Assembly: GCF_006345805.1 (NCBI RefSeq)
Contig: NC_043002.1
Span: forward strand, 84,444,001 to 84,508,000
Origin: Octopus sinensis
Taxonomy: Eukaryota
Length of the DNA: 64,000 bases
Direction of reading: 5' to 3'
Positions 1-14,337 of the stretch are shown piece after piece. The position numbers and the translations under genes were made by a program. The notes below the pieces were generated by a model. That model was not told the DNA's origin. It saw nothing but the letters and a program-made list of their open reading frames with translations, and did no database searches. Numbering within the stretch: the first letter of the stretch is position 1; every line of letters starts with the position of its first letter.

Positions 1-125
1 ATCGAATCAAAAACAGAACTCCGCGTGCTTTGTTGGCAGCATGGACGCACTGGGCCGAAGGCGAAAAGGAAGAATCCACCAAGATACCCAGGTCTTTTAC
101 CTGGTCGGTCCTCTCCAGCAGCAGA
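1..125 (-). mobile_element. CR1-type LINE reverse transcriptase fragment in an INTS2 intron
   Basis: Minus strand reads LERTDQVKDLGILVDSSFSPSAQCVHAANKARGVL, the KDLG-x-VD segment found C-terminal to the RT core of CR1/L2 LINEs. Confidence 0.7.
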
Positions 126-1067
126 CGACCCGGTAGTCCCAAATCAGTTTTAACCAAGTAATCCTATGTCCATGCCAAATGACTAGGCACAGCACACAGA
201 TCTGGGGTTTTTTTCCCAGTTAAAGATCTGCAAAGCTAAGGGCCATACTGCAAACTCCAAAATACAGTTGAAAACTGTATGGACTACAGTATGGATATGT
301 CACGCTCTTCACTGTCCAGTCTATTTCTGTATGCCTGTAGATTCTGATGGTGGCCACAGCAAAAGTGGAAAAGGTGGTCAGAGTGTGATAGTTGCTTAAC
401 TCTTATAGAGGTGATACCTGCAGCAAATGAAGGTGATTTGTGGCGTGGCTATTGCATATGTAAGTAGAAAATTTATTTATCCCTCTACAATGAGCTCCAG
501 TATTTTTGCAACTGAAATAGTACTGTGCCCAGAGCTTTATTAGTAAATTACATGATGATGATGATAATGATGATGATGATTATCATCATGATCATCACTG
601 TTGTCATCATTGTTGCTATTGCTATTGCTTTGACCATCATTGCCCCCTCCTCATTATTGTATGTCTATTTTATATGCTGGCATGGGTTAGATGAGTAGTA
701 ACATTTACCAAATATCGGTCTTCTTAAAACTAAGGAATAGATCAGATGGAGATTTATCATCCTCCCTTTTTATCCATTTCTATTGTCTACATTCTCACAC
801 TCACTACTCTCACTCTCTCTCTCTCCTATTCTGTATTTCATTGTAGACATTAGCTCTATCCCAGTGATAAGAAACAATCTTCAAGACTATTTTTTTTTTA
901 GACCATTCAAGTTATCTCTATTCATCCTTCATATATAATCATGTTTTCTCACTATATATTTAGCAAAATATAAGAAAAACATACAGATGATGACAGTACA
1001 TTACACCAATCTGTTGAAATAAATAGTTTTGTACAGGATAGTTTTGCTTGAAGAATTTAGAAATTAC

Positions 1068-1167
1068 CTGCTTGAGCAATACAGAGGACATCAGAAATAT
1101 CTTCAAGGTATATTTCACATTCAAATAATTCTGAGCTTTTTACATAGAAATCTTTACTTTCTTTGAT
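1068..1167 (-). CDS. INTS2: Integrator complex subunit 2, coding exon 3
   Basis: Acceptor ttgcag, donor gtaatt; 100 nt; IKESKDFYVKSSELFECEIYLEDISDVLCIAQA resembles vertebrate FFFKSSELFESPVYLEEAADVLCILQA; phase matches exon 2. Confidence 0.93.
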
Positions 1168-1402
1168 CTGCAATAAAATTTAGCAATAAATAATTGGCTC
1201 ATCATTAAAAAGATTATTAACAGGTAGTACTGCAATAGAGGGAAAATAATAACTTGGAATGGTAATAATGAAGAACAGAAAAAAACATTATGATCAGGTA
1301 CTGAACAACAGAGGGAAAAACAAGAATCCTTTCTTGCAATTAATCAGATTATTAAGACAATAATTACATAGGAAAATGATGCACTTATTAATTTTTTTTT
1401 AC

Positions 1403-1541
1403 CTGGCCAATTATGAAGAATATCTCGCTCAGCACCAAACGGATTCTATGTGCACAGTCACTTCTTTCAAATTCCAGAGACAGGCCTTGTTCTAACTGAG
1501 AGATCAAAGCACTTTCTGACTGGTTAGATCCAATCTTTTCC
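1403..1541 (-). CDS. INTS2: Integrator complex subunit 2, coding exon 2
   Basis: Polypyrimidine tract plus tag acceptor, gtaaaa donor; 139 nt; (R)EKIGSNQSESALISQLEQGLSLEFERSDCAHRIRLVLSEIFFIIGQ resembles HKLGGGSGESILVSQLQHGLTLEFEHSDSPRRLRLVLSEL; phase 2 joins exon 1. Confidence 0.94.
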
Positions 1542-2315
1542 CTAAACAAAAAGGAAAAAAAAAATGTTTTAAGAATAAACTAAGAACTTCTGCATTCAGT
1601 TTAATAGTTGATAAGTATTAGTAAACAAGAAGAGATTAAAAAGCACAGATCTTCACAGAATTCTGCCTGAAGCACCCCATATAAACCCCTCATTACTTTA
1701 ATTTTGAGAAAATGTTTGTGCATATGTTCTACACATACAATTATGTAAAAAGAAAGTTTTTTCGAAAATTTTTTGAATTTTTTTAAAAATCAGAATTTGA
1801 AATATGGACAGTATAAATTTTTTGCTTAAATTCCAGCAACAGACCATTAAATGCATTTATGGGGAGAAAGATATTGAAAAACATCAATACATCAGCGTGA
1901 CAAAGAAATGAAGTGGGGTATGAAATGTGCTAAAAATAACAGCCAAATAACACTTAAATCACGCACTTAATTTTTCTTTTTGGTTTTTGCGTAATTGTAT
2001 GAATTCCCATGTGTAGAACACAAATTTACAAAAATTTTCTGAAAATTCCAAAAAATAAAAAAAGTCTAGGGGTTTTATGCGGTGCTTAAACCAGAATTCA
2101 ACCCAAATTTCTTCTTTTTTGGATTGTTACAGGGACATAAACACCCTAATTCTGGTTGCTGAGTGATGATGGGGTCAAATGAGCTTTCTATAGTTTCATT
2201 CTGCTATATTCACTTACAAGTTATTGGTCAGCTCAACGTGTTGCACAGTGGGACCTAAAATATCATGGTTGTGAAACAAACTTCATTACCACATAACCAT
2301 GACTGTGTATCTCTT

Positions 2316-2712
2316 TTACTCTTTTACTTGTTTCAGTCATTTGACTGCGGCCATGCTGGAGCACCGCCTTTAGTCAAGGAAATCGCCCCCAGGACTTATT
2401 CTTTGTAAACCTAGTACTTATTCTATCGGTGTCTTTTGCCGAACCGCTAAGTTATGGGGACGTAAACACACCAGCATCAGTTGTCAGACGATGAGGGGGG
2501 GGCAAACACAGACACACAAACACACACACATATATATACATATATACGACAGGCTTCTTTCAGTTTCCGTCTACCAAATCCACTCACAAGGCTTTGGTCG
2601 GCCCGAGGCTATAGTAGAAGACACTTGCCCAAGGTGCCACACAGTGGGACTGAACCTGGAACCATGTGATTGGTAAGCAAGCTACTTATCACACAGCCAC
2701 TCCTGTGCCTAT
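2316..2712 (-). mobile_element. tRNA-derived SINE with CORE-like body and internal (TA)/(CA) microsatellite
   Basis: Minus-strand head has A-box-like TGGCTGTG and B-box-like GGTTCAGTCC, body GGCACCTTGGGCAAGTG, tail (AGTAAAAG)n. Close copies at about 3365-3750, 41075-41476, 53335-53742 and 61868-62200. Confidence 0.85.
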
Positions 2713-3364
2713 ATGTATGTATTTTTTTTTTTTGCATTTTTGGGGGCATAATTTATCTGGGATTGGTTTGAGGAAGATTTGGTTGCTGGGTTAAGTGACC
2801 ACACCGAGGCTTTCTCATTGGTACAAGTGGTAAAGTGTTGCCCTAAATGCTTTGTAGTATTGAGATTCTTTCCTAAATATTCCAATTTTAAATAACGGCA
2901 AAAAGCAACTCCAAATTTGAAATTGGAGGTATTAATAAAATAGGTAGCTGTGATATACTAGGGTTGATTTGAGTGATTATGCAATAGTTAGCTATCTGTT
3001 TAGCCAAAAGAAAGCAACAAATAAAAAAAAAACAATTTATGATGATGACAATTTAATATGCTTAATTATGATACATTAGTGGAAATCATTAAATATTCCA
3101 AATAAAGCTAACATTAATGAGTTTGATTATCGAAGAAAAAAAAACAAGAAAGAGTGAGACTTTCAGGAGAAAGGAAATGAAAGATTGCAATCTCTTCAAC
3201 TGGGGACTGAAACACTGACTCCTCATTATAATAACCAGGAGGGAAAGAAAAGTCAGTAAAAAATATATTCTGGGTTTAGTAGGAGTTTTAGTAAATAACA
3301 GCAATGTTAGGTACCAGCCAATTCCTTACATTTGATAAACACACAGCAATAATAACAATAATCA

Positions 3365-3579
3365 TACTCTTTTACTCTTTTACTTGTTTCAGTCATTTGA
3401 CTGCGGCCATGCTGGAGCACCGCCTTTAATCGGGCCACTTGACCCCGGGACTTATTCTTTTGTAAGCCCAGTACTTATTCTAACGGTCTCTTTTGCCGAA
3501 CCGCTAAGTAACGGGGACATAAACACACCAGTATCGGTTGTCAAGCAATGCTAGGGGGACAAACACAGACACACAAACA

Positions 3580-3639
<60 letters not shown>

Positions 3640-3750
3640 TACGACGGGCTTCTTTCAGTTTCCATCTACCAAATCCACTCACAAGGCTTTGGTCGGCCCG
3701 AGGCTATAGTAGAAGACACTTGCCCAAGGTGCCATGCAGTGGGACTGAAC
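3365..3750 (-). mobile_element. tRNA-derived SINE, same family as 2316-2712, head truncated
   Basis: Near-identical body, with a long (TA)n at about 3583-3641. Confidence 0.85.
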
Positions 3751-3943
3751 ATAGCAGTAATTTTCTATATAATACATAATCTCTGTCTCAGTTGTTATTG
3801 TTGCTTAGCTACAGCTATTAGCACTGATTGAACTGAACTGTTATAAAAGGTTTCCTAGTCATGACCATCTCATTTTATTTCCAGACAGTATATTTAGGAT
3901 GTCAGAATCCAATGTGTTTTTGTTTAAGATGGCACAATATGAT

Positions 3944-4161
3944 TTAAACCTTTAGCACTCAGATTTCATTGTCAAACGTATTGCTTATTTATTTACATGG
4001 TTTTTAATTAATGTTACATTATCATGTAGCTTCAAGATTTCAAAGATGTGATAGTACATTTTTAGAATGACATAGTAGGATAGGTGTGACAGGCCAGATT
4101 GCACATAAAACAGGTAGAATATTTGGGTCTTATACAGCCAGTTTAAATTCTAAAGGGTTAA
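3944..4161. mobile_element. TTAA-flanked piggyBac-like MITE
   Basis: Ends ttaa-acctttagc ... taaagggttaa; related copies at about 28183, 36157-36387, 42235-42450 and 59505-59733. Confidence 0.6.
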
Positions 4162-4550
4162 TCTTTTTTAAAACCAACCTGTCTGAGATTGCACCTAGTT
4201 CTATGATACAAAACGTCCTGTTTTGAAGTGCTTTTTGCTTAATAAAAACCTTCCATCATAATTTCATGAAATGAAAAATTCATTCAGTTATATTCTAAAC
4301 AGTTTAATTGTGAAAAAATTATTTTACTCAACTCAACAAAATTCTCAATTGTTTTCAAACTGAGATATGGCTAAAGAATATATTGTTGCTATTGAAGGTC
4401 GAACATACATTTAACTCTTTGCCTGTCCAAAGCATTTTCATAAGTTTGGTGTATATGTCCATGTTTGTTTTCTGACTTTTAGTTAGTCTTTGCTTCATAC
4501 ATTCTGAATAGTAAAAGCCTTCCTTTCATAAGTCCCAAGTTATTCTAGTG

Positions 4551-4881
4551 CAAGGGTTCTCGACCATTTTTTACCTACGGACCCTTTTGATTACTATTTT
4601 ATTCAGGTGAACTCCCATAACCTCTCATTGTTTAAAAACTAGTTTTATAAATACTTCTTTCAAAATTCCTATTTCATATTTCACACATTAACTTGTGCAG
4701 GTTAAACTATGTAAAATTTTACAGAAAGAAACCTAGCTGTTTCTTGCAATACATATCAATACATACATCTAAACCAAATTTTTTTCAGGGGCTCTTAAAA
4801 TACTGATGTGGGATCCCTAATTTACTATTTTCTTGCATGGACCTCCAAAAATCTTAAATGAACCCTGGGTGAGAACCACTG
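4551..4881. mobile_element. hAT-type MITE
   Basis: TIRs caagggttctc / gagaaccactg with imperfect 8-bp flanks ttctagtg / ttcatgtg. Confidence 0.55.
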
Positions 4882-5094
4882 TTCATGTGGTAGAAAAAAA
4901 AATGGGAATGTGGATTATATATGATGCATAGAAGGCTGGGTAATATGTCTATGTATTACATGTGATACACAGAACAAGCAAAAGATTAAAGGCCTCTCTC
5001 CTTAGTAGATGGAGATGGTTGACAATTCTTACTAGTAGTTTTTTCTACAGATTGTGGTAGGGAAAGAAAAAGATTCTAACCATTAAAATGTTTC

Positions 5095-5505
5095 AACATC
5101 AATGGAAATTGTAGCTGTGATACCAGTGCCGGTGGCACATAAGAGAACCATCCGAACGTGGCTGTTGCCAGCGCCGCCCCGACTGGCCGGTGGCACGTAA
5201 AAAGCACCATCCGATTGTGGCCATTGCCAGCCTTGTCTGGCCCCCGTGCCGGTGGCACGTAAAAAGCACCATCTGATTGTGGCCGTTTGCCAGCCTCGTC
5301 TGGCACCTGTGCAGGTGGCACGTAAAAATCACCCACTACACTCATGGAGTGGTTGGCATTAGGAAGGGCATCCAGCTGTAGAAACACTGCCAGATCAGAT
5401 TGGGCCTGGTGCAGCCTACTGGCTTCCCAGACCCCAGTTGAACCGTCCAACCCATGCTAGCATGGAAAACGGATGTTAAACAATGATGATGATGATGATG
5501 ATGAT
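5095..5505 (+). mobile_element. RTE-LINE 3' end or RTE-tailed short element with ~55-bp internal subrepeats and (GAT)n tail
   Basis: Repeated ggtggcacgtaaaaagcacc units, then gagtggttggcattaggaagggcatccagc and (gat)n. The same tail ends the RTE copies at 37677-39916 and 53960-58145 and recurs more than ten times in the window. Confidence 0.8.
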
Positions 5506-7948
5506 AAATAAAAAAAAAAACTTTATGAGTGGAAGGAATTAATAGATGCCATTGTCTGGAATGTGGCATAAATAAATCTTGATGTCCAGTTTGTCATGTC
5601 ACAACAGTACAACTAAAATACAATAAATACAGTAAGTTTCATTTTCAGTAAAATGTCTCCTTTTCAAATCCCTGGCAGCAAACTGCCAAACTGAGACAGT
5701 CACAACAGGAGCCAACTTACAGAACCATCATACACACCTCAACAATACATTTATCTACGCTGACACTTTTTTTTCACGTAATCCACAACCTAACGTAGTT
5801 CTATATCTAAACATTCAATAGCTACCAACAAAAATCAAATAATTCATGTGATTGCTTTCAATTTCAACCAAGAGAAATCTGTGTGGTTATTCAACCTTCT
5901 AGAAATAGCAGTCAAATATCATTTCTATTACACCCTAATACTTTGAAAAGGAAGGATACATTGAGTAATGTAATTTATATACACAATGTCTGAAAAGAAA
6001 AACTGAAATGCAGACCTCGCCAGCGCTGGTGCGATGCAAAAGACACCCAGTCAACATTGTAAAGTGGTTGGCATTAGGAAGGGCATGCAGCCATAAAAAC
6101 CATGCCAAAACAGACAGTGGGTTCTGGTGCAGTCCTCTGGCTTACCAGCCTCTGTCAAACCATGCAACCCATGCCAACATGAAAGGTACACGTTAAATGA
6201 TGATGATGATAAAATACTTTTGATCATAGGTTTACTGGATCAAAATCAACCTGAATCTAAAGAACTTTTGCCAGGGATCACAACACAGCACCTGTGAGAG
6301 GTTACAGTATACAGGGAGGAATGAATCTTCCTTTCCAGTAGATATGTGGTGTCAAGAAGAGATTGCACCTTTTGAGGGGTCCTACTAGACAAGTTATCTA
6401 CCACTGGTTACCACAGATAGTTGACAGGTCCACTCTCAAGGGCAGCAAATCTTAAGGAAGAGGTCAACAGCAGGATCTCCAAAGCTAACACTGCCATAGA
6501 CAGACTGCAGGAGAGTACCACTAGTATGCTGGATCTGGATCTCAAGCAGCTAATCTGCAGCAAACTCTGTTAGGGAAAGCTTGCTGTAGGAAGAGAAGAT
6601 AAATCGAAAGATTGCCTAAAAGTATCTCTAAAAGACCAGAGAATTATTGTTTAACCCTAGGTCAAGTCTGGCCAAGCAGATCTATGATGAAAAGCATTGC
6701 AGTTATAATCAACCTATCTTTTCTGCCAATATAGGCTTCTCTAGGGCTACATTAATCTAATGTGTCTTTCCTTTTTTTTTTAAGACAGTTCAGTGTGTTT
6801 GGAGAGTAATTTATCTGCTATTTCTGACAGGTCAAGTATGCAACGCATAAGAGTGGCTTGCAGGCAAATTTACAACGTTAATTCAAATTAGGATTGCAAT
6901 GATATTGAATTACAAAAAAAATCAAAACGTTTTGAAGATAAATTACTTTAACCAATGAAACAATCTCTATAAACAAAATGTTTGTTTATACAATGAAGTT
7001 AGGATAACAAAATAATTGAAACTAAATAAGTTAAGACGAAAGCTGCTAAACAATATCCAACTAAAAATGGATAGATTGAGCGGAAAGCTAATAAACAATA
7101 ACAGAATGAATTTACTAGGAAGTTAGTTTTAGGTTTGGCTTAACTCAGGCAAAAATTTCGCTGAGATTTTTTAAAATAGGGACAACAAATTCAAGTCTAA
7201 TAAAATACTGCCGAAATAGTCAGTGTATATTTAAGGGGTTTTGGACAATGTTTAGTATACATCAACAAGTGTCAACAGACCTGATAGTGTAGTATATAAG
7301 ACACTTTACACAGGTACAACCCCAGTTGACAGTTTTTTTTTTTTCTTTGGTTTAGGTAAATAGTTATAGATTTAGCGTAGTTTATATACTCATATGGACA
7401 AAAAAAAAGTAAACAAAAGTCGGTGCGAAGGATTTTAATCCATCGTATCTATTACATAGGAGTGTATGTATGTGTAGAGGGGGGGGGGGGCAATAAAAAA
7501 AATCTAGTGATCAGTGAAAGACCCGAAAAGGTAAAAATTCAGCTCTTTCTACGACACAAGAACTTATTAATTCTGCAAACATTATAAATATTACACTTTT
7601 GTGCCAAGTTAGAGCATCAAATTAAAACTTCAGATATGTTTATAATAAAATCAATATTACATCAGAGCTATCTTTAATAAGTAAATAAAAACTTGATATT
7701 GGAATATGAAGACAGGTTCGATCCCGTATTCATCCAGTATTTTTGGTTACCACATTAAAAGTCAGTTAAAAGTCGTGGCAATATCGTGTTGATTATATAA
7801 GAATATTTTGTATCTGGTGGGTAAAAATCAAAAAATACGATCATGTTTCATCAATAAGCATGTAATAACAAGGGAAACTAGTTCCGGTTTTTGTATTCAA
7901 CCACATTGCCTTTTTTTTTTTTTTTTCCTTTATGTTAGATCAACTCAC

Positions 7949-8259
7949 CGAAGATTTTGTTCTTTTTTCACGTCTTGTTCAAGCGAATGGAAATCGATAG
8001 ATAAGAGGGCTACAAGTCCGTTAACTACATCGAAATTCGAGAGAATATTGAGAACTGTTTTACGCGAGGTTGCCCAAGCTTCGCTCGTATCGACAGATTT
8101 ACAGAGCGCCATGCGGACAAGAGCCGGCAACACGGGTCTTAACTTTGACTCGCTCATGCGAGATAAACAATTCACGTCGACATTTTGCATCGCCTGGAAA
8201 ATATCAGGATCGACGGGAGAAGATGGGGAATCCATTGTAACGGCTTTAGGTATATCCAT
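7949..8259 (-). CDS. INTS2: Integrator complex subunit 2, coding exon 1
   Basis: FQAMQNVDVNCLSRMSESKLRPVLPALVRMALC...VNGLVALLSIDFHSLEQDVKKEQNLR resembles the INTS2 N-terminus (FEAMQKVDVVCL...LRLLLPCLVRMALC...VALLSVDFHALEQDASKEQQLR); donor CG|gtgagt at 7948. Confidence 0.95.
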
Positions 8260-9799
8260 TTACCAATGCGCAGTTAAAAAGTTACACTATAACACTGCCG
8301 AAAGCAGACCGAGCTGCCATAGTGGTATCGGAACAATAATGCAGTAACGGCCATTCTCAATTTCTATTGGATAAAATTAAAAACAGTGTCTCAGTGTGGG
8401 AGAGTGGGGGGAATGTATGAAATTAAACCACTCAGCTGACCGAAGGTGAACTTAGCCGCGAGAGAAGCAATAAACCTCGAAATCTTTTGTCCGAATTTAC
8501 AAGCGATTACTATTCAATTCTTATACAGTTGGGATGATTTTTAGAAGAAATATAAGTTAGGAATTTGTAAATATTGATATAAAATTTGGGCAGTCGAGTT
8601 GGTATAGATAGTAAAAGAGCTAGACTTTATACTTTGCAACAATGATTTACTCAAAATTTTTTCCGGGTCGTTGGACGCTTACTTATTCCTCCATGTCAAA
8701 CCCTGTTAAAAATATTGTGCAGAACAGAGATTTGACCGATGTTATGCAGACACAGTTAGTCTCTTAAACCGAGTCACATTTCTTTTTTTTTTTTTTATGA
8801 TTCTATTCGCAACTCCATTGCATTACAAAATTATAAATTGACTTCAGTGGTTGACAACTTCTTTAATGAATTTAATGCAAAGAAGGTTAACGGTGGCAGG
8901 ATTTGAACTCAAAACGTACAGAGCTGTAACTAAATATTAGCAGGAACTTCCGACCGGCGTTCTATCGATTTTACCAATATGCCGTCACAGGAAAATCGAA
9001 AGGCAACATATATAACTTAATACCAGGCACATACCGTTAGTAATTACTCAAGGTAGATAGTTGGCGACATTTATGTAGTAAAACATACAAAAAAATAAGC
9101 GAAACAGCCAAGGTAGATTTACTTCTGCCTTTATAGCACGTAAATAGCAAATGTTTCTCAAATAACTGTTAAAGGTAATGACATAGCAACATCAAGGTGG
9201 ACAATAAAATTTGTGTAGAAAATGACCCTTGTATGAATAAAAAAAATTATTCTTTTTTATTAATTGATGCTTCTAATTTTTTGATAACATTATCATCATC
9301 AGTTGTATTTGTCATGTTTCCTGTATGGTTTTTACTGAATGCTCTTTCCATACTACACTGTAGACCAGATACATTTTGTCATGCCACAGGCACAAGAAAG
9401 GTAATGAAGAGTTCTCCCTACTCTGCCTTGTATTAGGAATTTAGTTATTAAGATGAGTTTTCTATACTAAAGGCCATTACTTAGAAGACATAATCTCCTA
9501 TGTAATGAATGCCTTTGTATATCATTCTATGATAAATAAATCAGAAATGATTAAAATAAATGGCCAACAATGTTTAAATTTCTAAAATTTAACCATTTGT
9601 GTTACTTTTAGGAAATCATTTAAAAATTATTTTGCCAACTTTTGCAATGTTGTAAATTTGGCTACAACATATCCATGACTATAGAAATATCAATGGAAGA
9701 GTTTATATATCTTTATACAAAAGATAATAAACACAAATAAAAATGTATATAATTGTACATACTTTAGGCTGTTCTGCAAAAAGAGTTCTTACATACACT

Positions 9800-12700
9800 G
9801 ACCGTTTTGCTATTAACCCAACAATGTGCACATTCATTGAAATTCCTCCAAAATACATTTCCTCTCCACCAGTATCATCTCTTCATATGAGTACTCACCA
9901 AATGTGAAAACAATTCCAGTTGATCAAAGCCGCTGATTCCGACAATGTCCTTTCTATCCCAAAATAGTGCCATCCAGAACAAGCCACTATTCTTGACAAA
10001 TTCTACAAAATTTTCCCTCTCTACAGAAATTCATACCAGTCTTTGGAAGTATACTACTGTGTATTGCACCTATTCCAAGAAGAACACTGTTTCGGATCCT
10101 GTCAGTTATCAACTTATCGCTCTCACTTCTAACCTGGAATGTATATTCTGGATGCGCTCTCTGAAGGATGGGAAATTTGTCATAAATAATGTAGTCACTC
10201 AATAATGTAATCATTAAATATTGTGACAGTTGTTCTGAGATAGCACAACACACAATCCATAGCTAGTTGTATCAGGAAATGGCACTTTATGGATGATATA
10301 ATAGAGGAAGTGTGGAGGCGCAATGGACTCGCGGTTGTAAGATCACAGTTTCGATTCCCAGACCAGGCGTTGTGTATGTTTATTGAGCAAAAACAGCTAA
10401 AGCTCCAGCAGGGGATGGTGGTGATCCCTGCTGTACTCTTTTACCACAACTTTCTCTCACTCTTTCTTCTGTTGGCCTGCTCGCTTAGCCAGCGGGGTGG
10501 CATCATTTGAAGGCTAAAACAATGCGAAGCGCATTGTGACCAGTGATGTGTAGCAACATCTGAGAACCTGGTCAGTCATGGTGATCACGGTGATAATAAC
10601 GGAAGAATGACTAAATAGAGATGTGACAGTCCACTAGCACACATTCTGTGATTATTATGTTGTCTATTAATTTGCAGGAAAACTGTGAGGTGGTGTGTTG
10701 GCAGAATCATTAGCATGCAGGACAAAATGCTTAATGGCATTTCGTCTGTCTTTAAGTTCTGGATTCAAATTCAGCTGAGGTCAACTTTGTCTTTCATCAT
10801 TTCAGAGTTAATAAAATAAGTACCAATTGACTACTGGAGTCAATGTAACCGACTTACTGACACCCCCAAAATTGCTGGCCATGTGCCAAATTTTAGAACC
10901 AACTTGCTGGAAAACTATTAATGTAAATTGATTTTCTTTATGATAATTCTGTTGTTTTAACATCGTGATGCAATCTGATCATAATTTGTTTTCAAATTTA
11001 ATGCCGCGCACTCAGAAACAAAGTTTAATTATATTTTTTTAGTAATGCTATTAGCAGAATAAGAAGTTTAGTATGATAGTGCAATGTACACTCTGTGACA
11101 ATAACCACCATACGCTTCCAACATGTCAAAAATGATAGAAACATTCACCTCCAAAACACCTGGAGTCTGTCTCCTTCGTTGGGAATCCATAGAGTCATAT
11201 CTACAATCTTTTTTAGGTTATGCTACAGAAATCTATTGCTTTTGACAAATTCAACAAAAACAATGTCATCGCACTTGATATCAGTAAAGCCTTTAACTAT
11301 TTCAGGCATGAGAATCACATGCTTAATCTGCCAGTCTGTGGGTTATATGTCTCACAGCTCTTAGAATGGGTGATTCTTGTCAGACTGCACTATTGTAATG
11401 TATCCTTATGAGGGATCTTTTTAAGTTTTTGTTGTTTTCCACACAGATGTTAAAGCTAATCATCAACTTTCAATTCATTAACAACTTGTCTATTGTTACC
11501 TCTAACAATACTCACTTCTGTGAATATAATACCACCCTTCACTCTTCCTTGATATTCTACATACAGGTACTGTCAACATCTTAGATACTTTATAGCAAAT
11601 TTGCATTACCTTCATGAACAGAGAACTTGAGAATCTAATTCAAGAAACGCAGAGGTTGTTGAGATAGAAGGAAAGAGAAGAAACTGTGTGTGTCTGTCAG
11701 CAAGCAGAAATAGTATTATAACTTTGAATGACATACAAATAACCCTTCAAAGTCGCCACAGAAGCTTGGCTCTCTATCCCTTATGACAAATCCATGAATA
11801 TAATATTCCAAATCCATGAATATGATATTCCAAATTAATAAACGTAACTATGCCTCTCTTGGTCTCAATGGTGTTACATACCTACTTCTCAAATGCGCTG
11901 GGTACTTTCTTCTAAACCAACTTTCACTATTCTTTCAATTCTGTCTTGACAATGGTGTTACTCCAGAGCAGTGGAAAACTGCCATTGTTATCCCTCTGTT
12001 CAAAAAAGGTGACCGCACATCGCCTGTCAACTATCACTCCATTAGTCTTACTAGCTGCATCACCAAACTGATGGAATCCTGTGTCAGAGAAACCCTCTGG
12101 AACTTCTGGAAGTCTCACAGCCTCATCCAGCCATCACAAGTTGGTTTTATTCCTAACTCCAGCTGCTGTAATCGACTCATCGAGTTTCTTGAGGACATTA
12201 CCCAAATCACTGATCGCGGATCCTGGGTGGATGCTGTTTACCTGGACTTTGCTAAGGCTTTTAACTCTGTGCCAAACAAAAGACTTATGGTGAAACTCTC
12301 TGTGATGGGTGTAAGAAACGATCTCTATAGCTAGTTGAAGTCCTTTATTATCGGCCGAAAAGAGGTTGTCACAGTTCTAGGACAGCACTCTTCACCCTAT
12401 GAGATGACATCTGGTGTACCACAAGGATCTGTTCTTGGCCCCTTTTATTTGTTGTATATGTTAATGACATAGATGCCAACTTAAAGAATGCCACAGTGCT
12501 GAAATATGCAAATGACATCAAGCTGTACCTCGAAATAAAGAGGTCAGATCCTGTACACTATAGATTTCTATTGCAATCAGACCTGGACACAATGCAGCAG
12601 TGGATCATGGACTGGCAACTCAAGCTGCTGTGGACAAATGTACAACCATGCATTTTGGGAGGAAAAACCCAGCATCTACTTACTCCCTCCACAACACTAA

Positions 12701-13620
12701 TCTCAAAAAATCTTGTGAACATGATTTGCGTTGGACAAAACACATCACTAAAATTGCCAAAAAGGCTAAAGGTGTCTTGGCATCACTCACCAAGTCCTTT
12801 GTGAGCCGCTCTCCGGCTTTATATAGCTATGGTATGACCTCACCGGGAATTTGCATCACCGGTCTGGAACCCCTATCATGCTCAGGATATTAATCGTCTG
12901 GAAGCCGTTCAGTGATGTGCAACCAAGAGAATACCCTTCATCAGGCATTCTGAACGCCTTACTTCCCCGGGCCTGGACACATTGAAACTCCGACGTCTGG
13001 CAGCTGACTTGGCAGACAGCCATAAAATTATTAAACATCTTAAAAACAATAACTCTGAGCACCTTTTCAAACTCCACCTGTCTAACACTCGTGGACATGT
13101 TTACAAAGTCAGAAAACAGCACAGCTCCCATGACTTTTGGAAACATTTTTTCACGCTAAGAGTCTCTGAAGCATAGAACAAACTGCCGGCATCAGTTGTT
13201 AGTTGTCGGAGCACTGCATCCTTCAAAACTTCCATGCTTCCTGAGATTCGCCAACACTACACCTGATTTTCTCCCCTCCATACACACGCAAGCATGTATA
13301 TTACTCATACACAGTTCGCTTTCCAGACATTTGTACATTACTGCATATGCTTTATACGCACTTTTAACAAGTTGTGGTGCACCTGAGCACTGTATACAAT
13401 AATGCCATTATTATTATTATTATTAAAACCATATCATAATGGCTGGAATTCCTCTTTAAGGGCAAGAAATACCCCATTGCTGTTCAATTACTAACCTTCT
13501 ATAAATTCCGGGTAAGACCCATGGTAGAGTACTTTCCCCATCTATGGAGTAGTGTTATTACTGTTACAGACACTATCCAAAGGAAAACCATTCCATTGAC
13601 TGGTGAGCATTCCATCACAA
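9800..13620 (+). mobile_element. Old, highly decayed Jockey/CR1-group LINE remnant interrupted by younger SINEs and a CR1
   Basis: Fragments in RT order: LWKYTTVY..SKK..SDPVSYQLIALTS (~10040-10130), VIALDISKAF (~11265-11295), then FYKFRVRPMVEY (~13497-13535) resuming after the CR1 (ATT)n tail. Confidence 0.6.
11850..13425 (+). mobile_element. 5'-truncated CR1-type LINE (RT domain plus 3' UTR), frameshifted
   Basis: WKTAIVIPLFKKGDRTSPVNY..ISLTS, VYLDFAKAF, SGVPQGSVLGP, LKYAND, NTRGH..K; ends in (ATT)n at about 13407-13425. Its 3' part recurs at 60030-60262. Confidence 0.9.
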
Positions 13621-14131
13621 AACAAGTTTTAATCTCTCTCTTCAGCTGCTACTAAGACACCTCTGCTCCTCTGAACTAGCTAACTGGATACTCTATCCAA
13701 ATCCAAACCTTCCATATATCTATTTCATCTTTAATCAGTCTTACTCGTATCTCAGATTCCATAACCAGTTTGCCAAGTATTTATTGTGGCAGCTGTCTAG
13801 AACAATGTCCCTCTTGGAATTTCCACTGTGCCAACATTTTCCTATAGACCTGCCCAAGCTGGACATCAACTATATCAATCTCTCAAGTCTGGGAGTATCT
13901 ACAAACGTGTCAGACCCAGGAAGCTACTTCAGCCCTCATTAGTTGCTGACTCTTTCCAAAAGTTGCATTTGGGATGATAACACTGCTTGACACTAAAAAA
14001 CATCCACAAATGCATTAAAAAAAAAAGCTATTTATCTGATTGGCAAAGACTCAATCACAAATAAACTACAACTTCTGGCCTGCAGATGCACTGTTTTCTT
14101 TGAATGAATGAATTCATTAATTAACTGCATA

Positions 14132-14337
14132 CCTATTTCTTTACTACCCACAGAGGGGACAAACGGATTAAGTCGATTACATCGACCCCAGTGCATAACT
14201 GGTACTTAATTTATCAACCCCAGAAGGATGAAAGGCAAAGTCGACCTCGGCGGAATTTGAACTCAGAATGTAACGGCAGACGAAATGTGGCTACGCATGT
14301 CGCCTGGCGTGCTAACGTTTCTACCAGCTCACCGCCT
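14132..14337 (-). mobile_element. tRNA-derived SINE with Meta-domain-like core
   Basis: Core gccgaggtcgactttgcctttcatccttc..ggg.tgataaattaagtaccag; copies at about 25416-25630, 43878-44075 and 50062-50472. Confidence 0.75.

Noticed and set aside
2481-5569. Numerous short ORFs such as YDRLLSVSVYQIHSQGFG and LQLDALPNANHS
   Set aside because: Recurrent translations of SINE and RTE-tail repeats found many times in the window.
7808-8347. 179-aa plus-strand ORF
   Set aside because: Antisense shadow of INTS2 exon 1 with no recognisable motifs.
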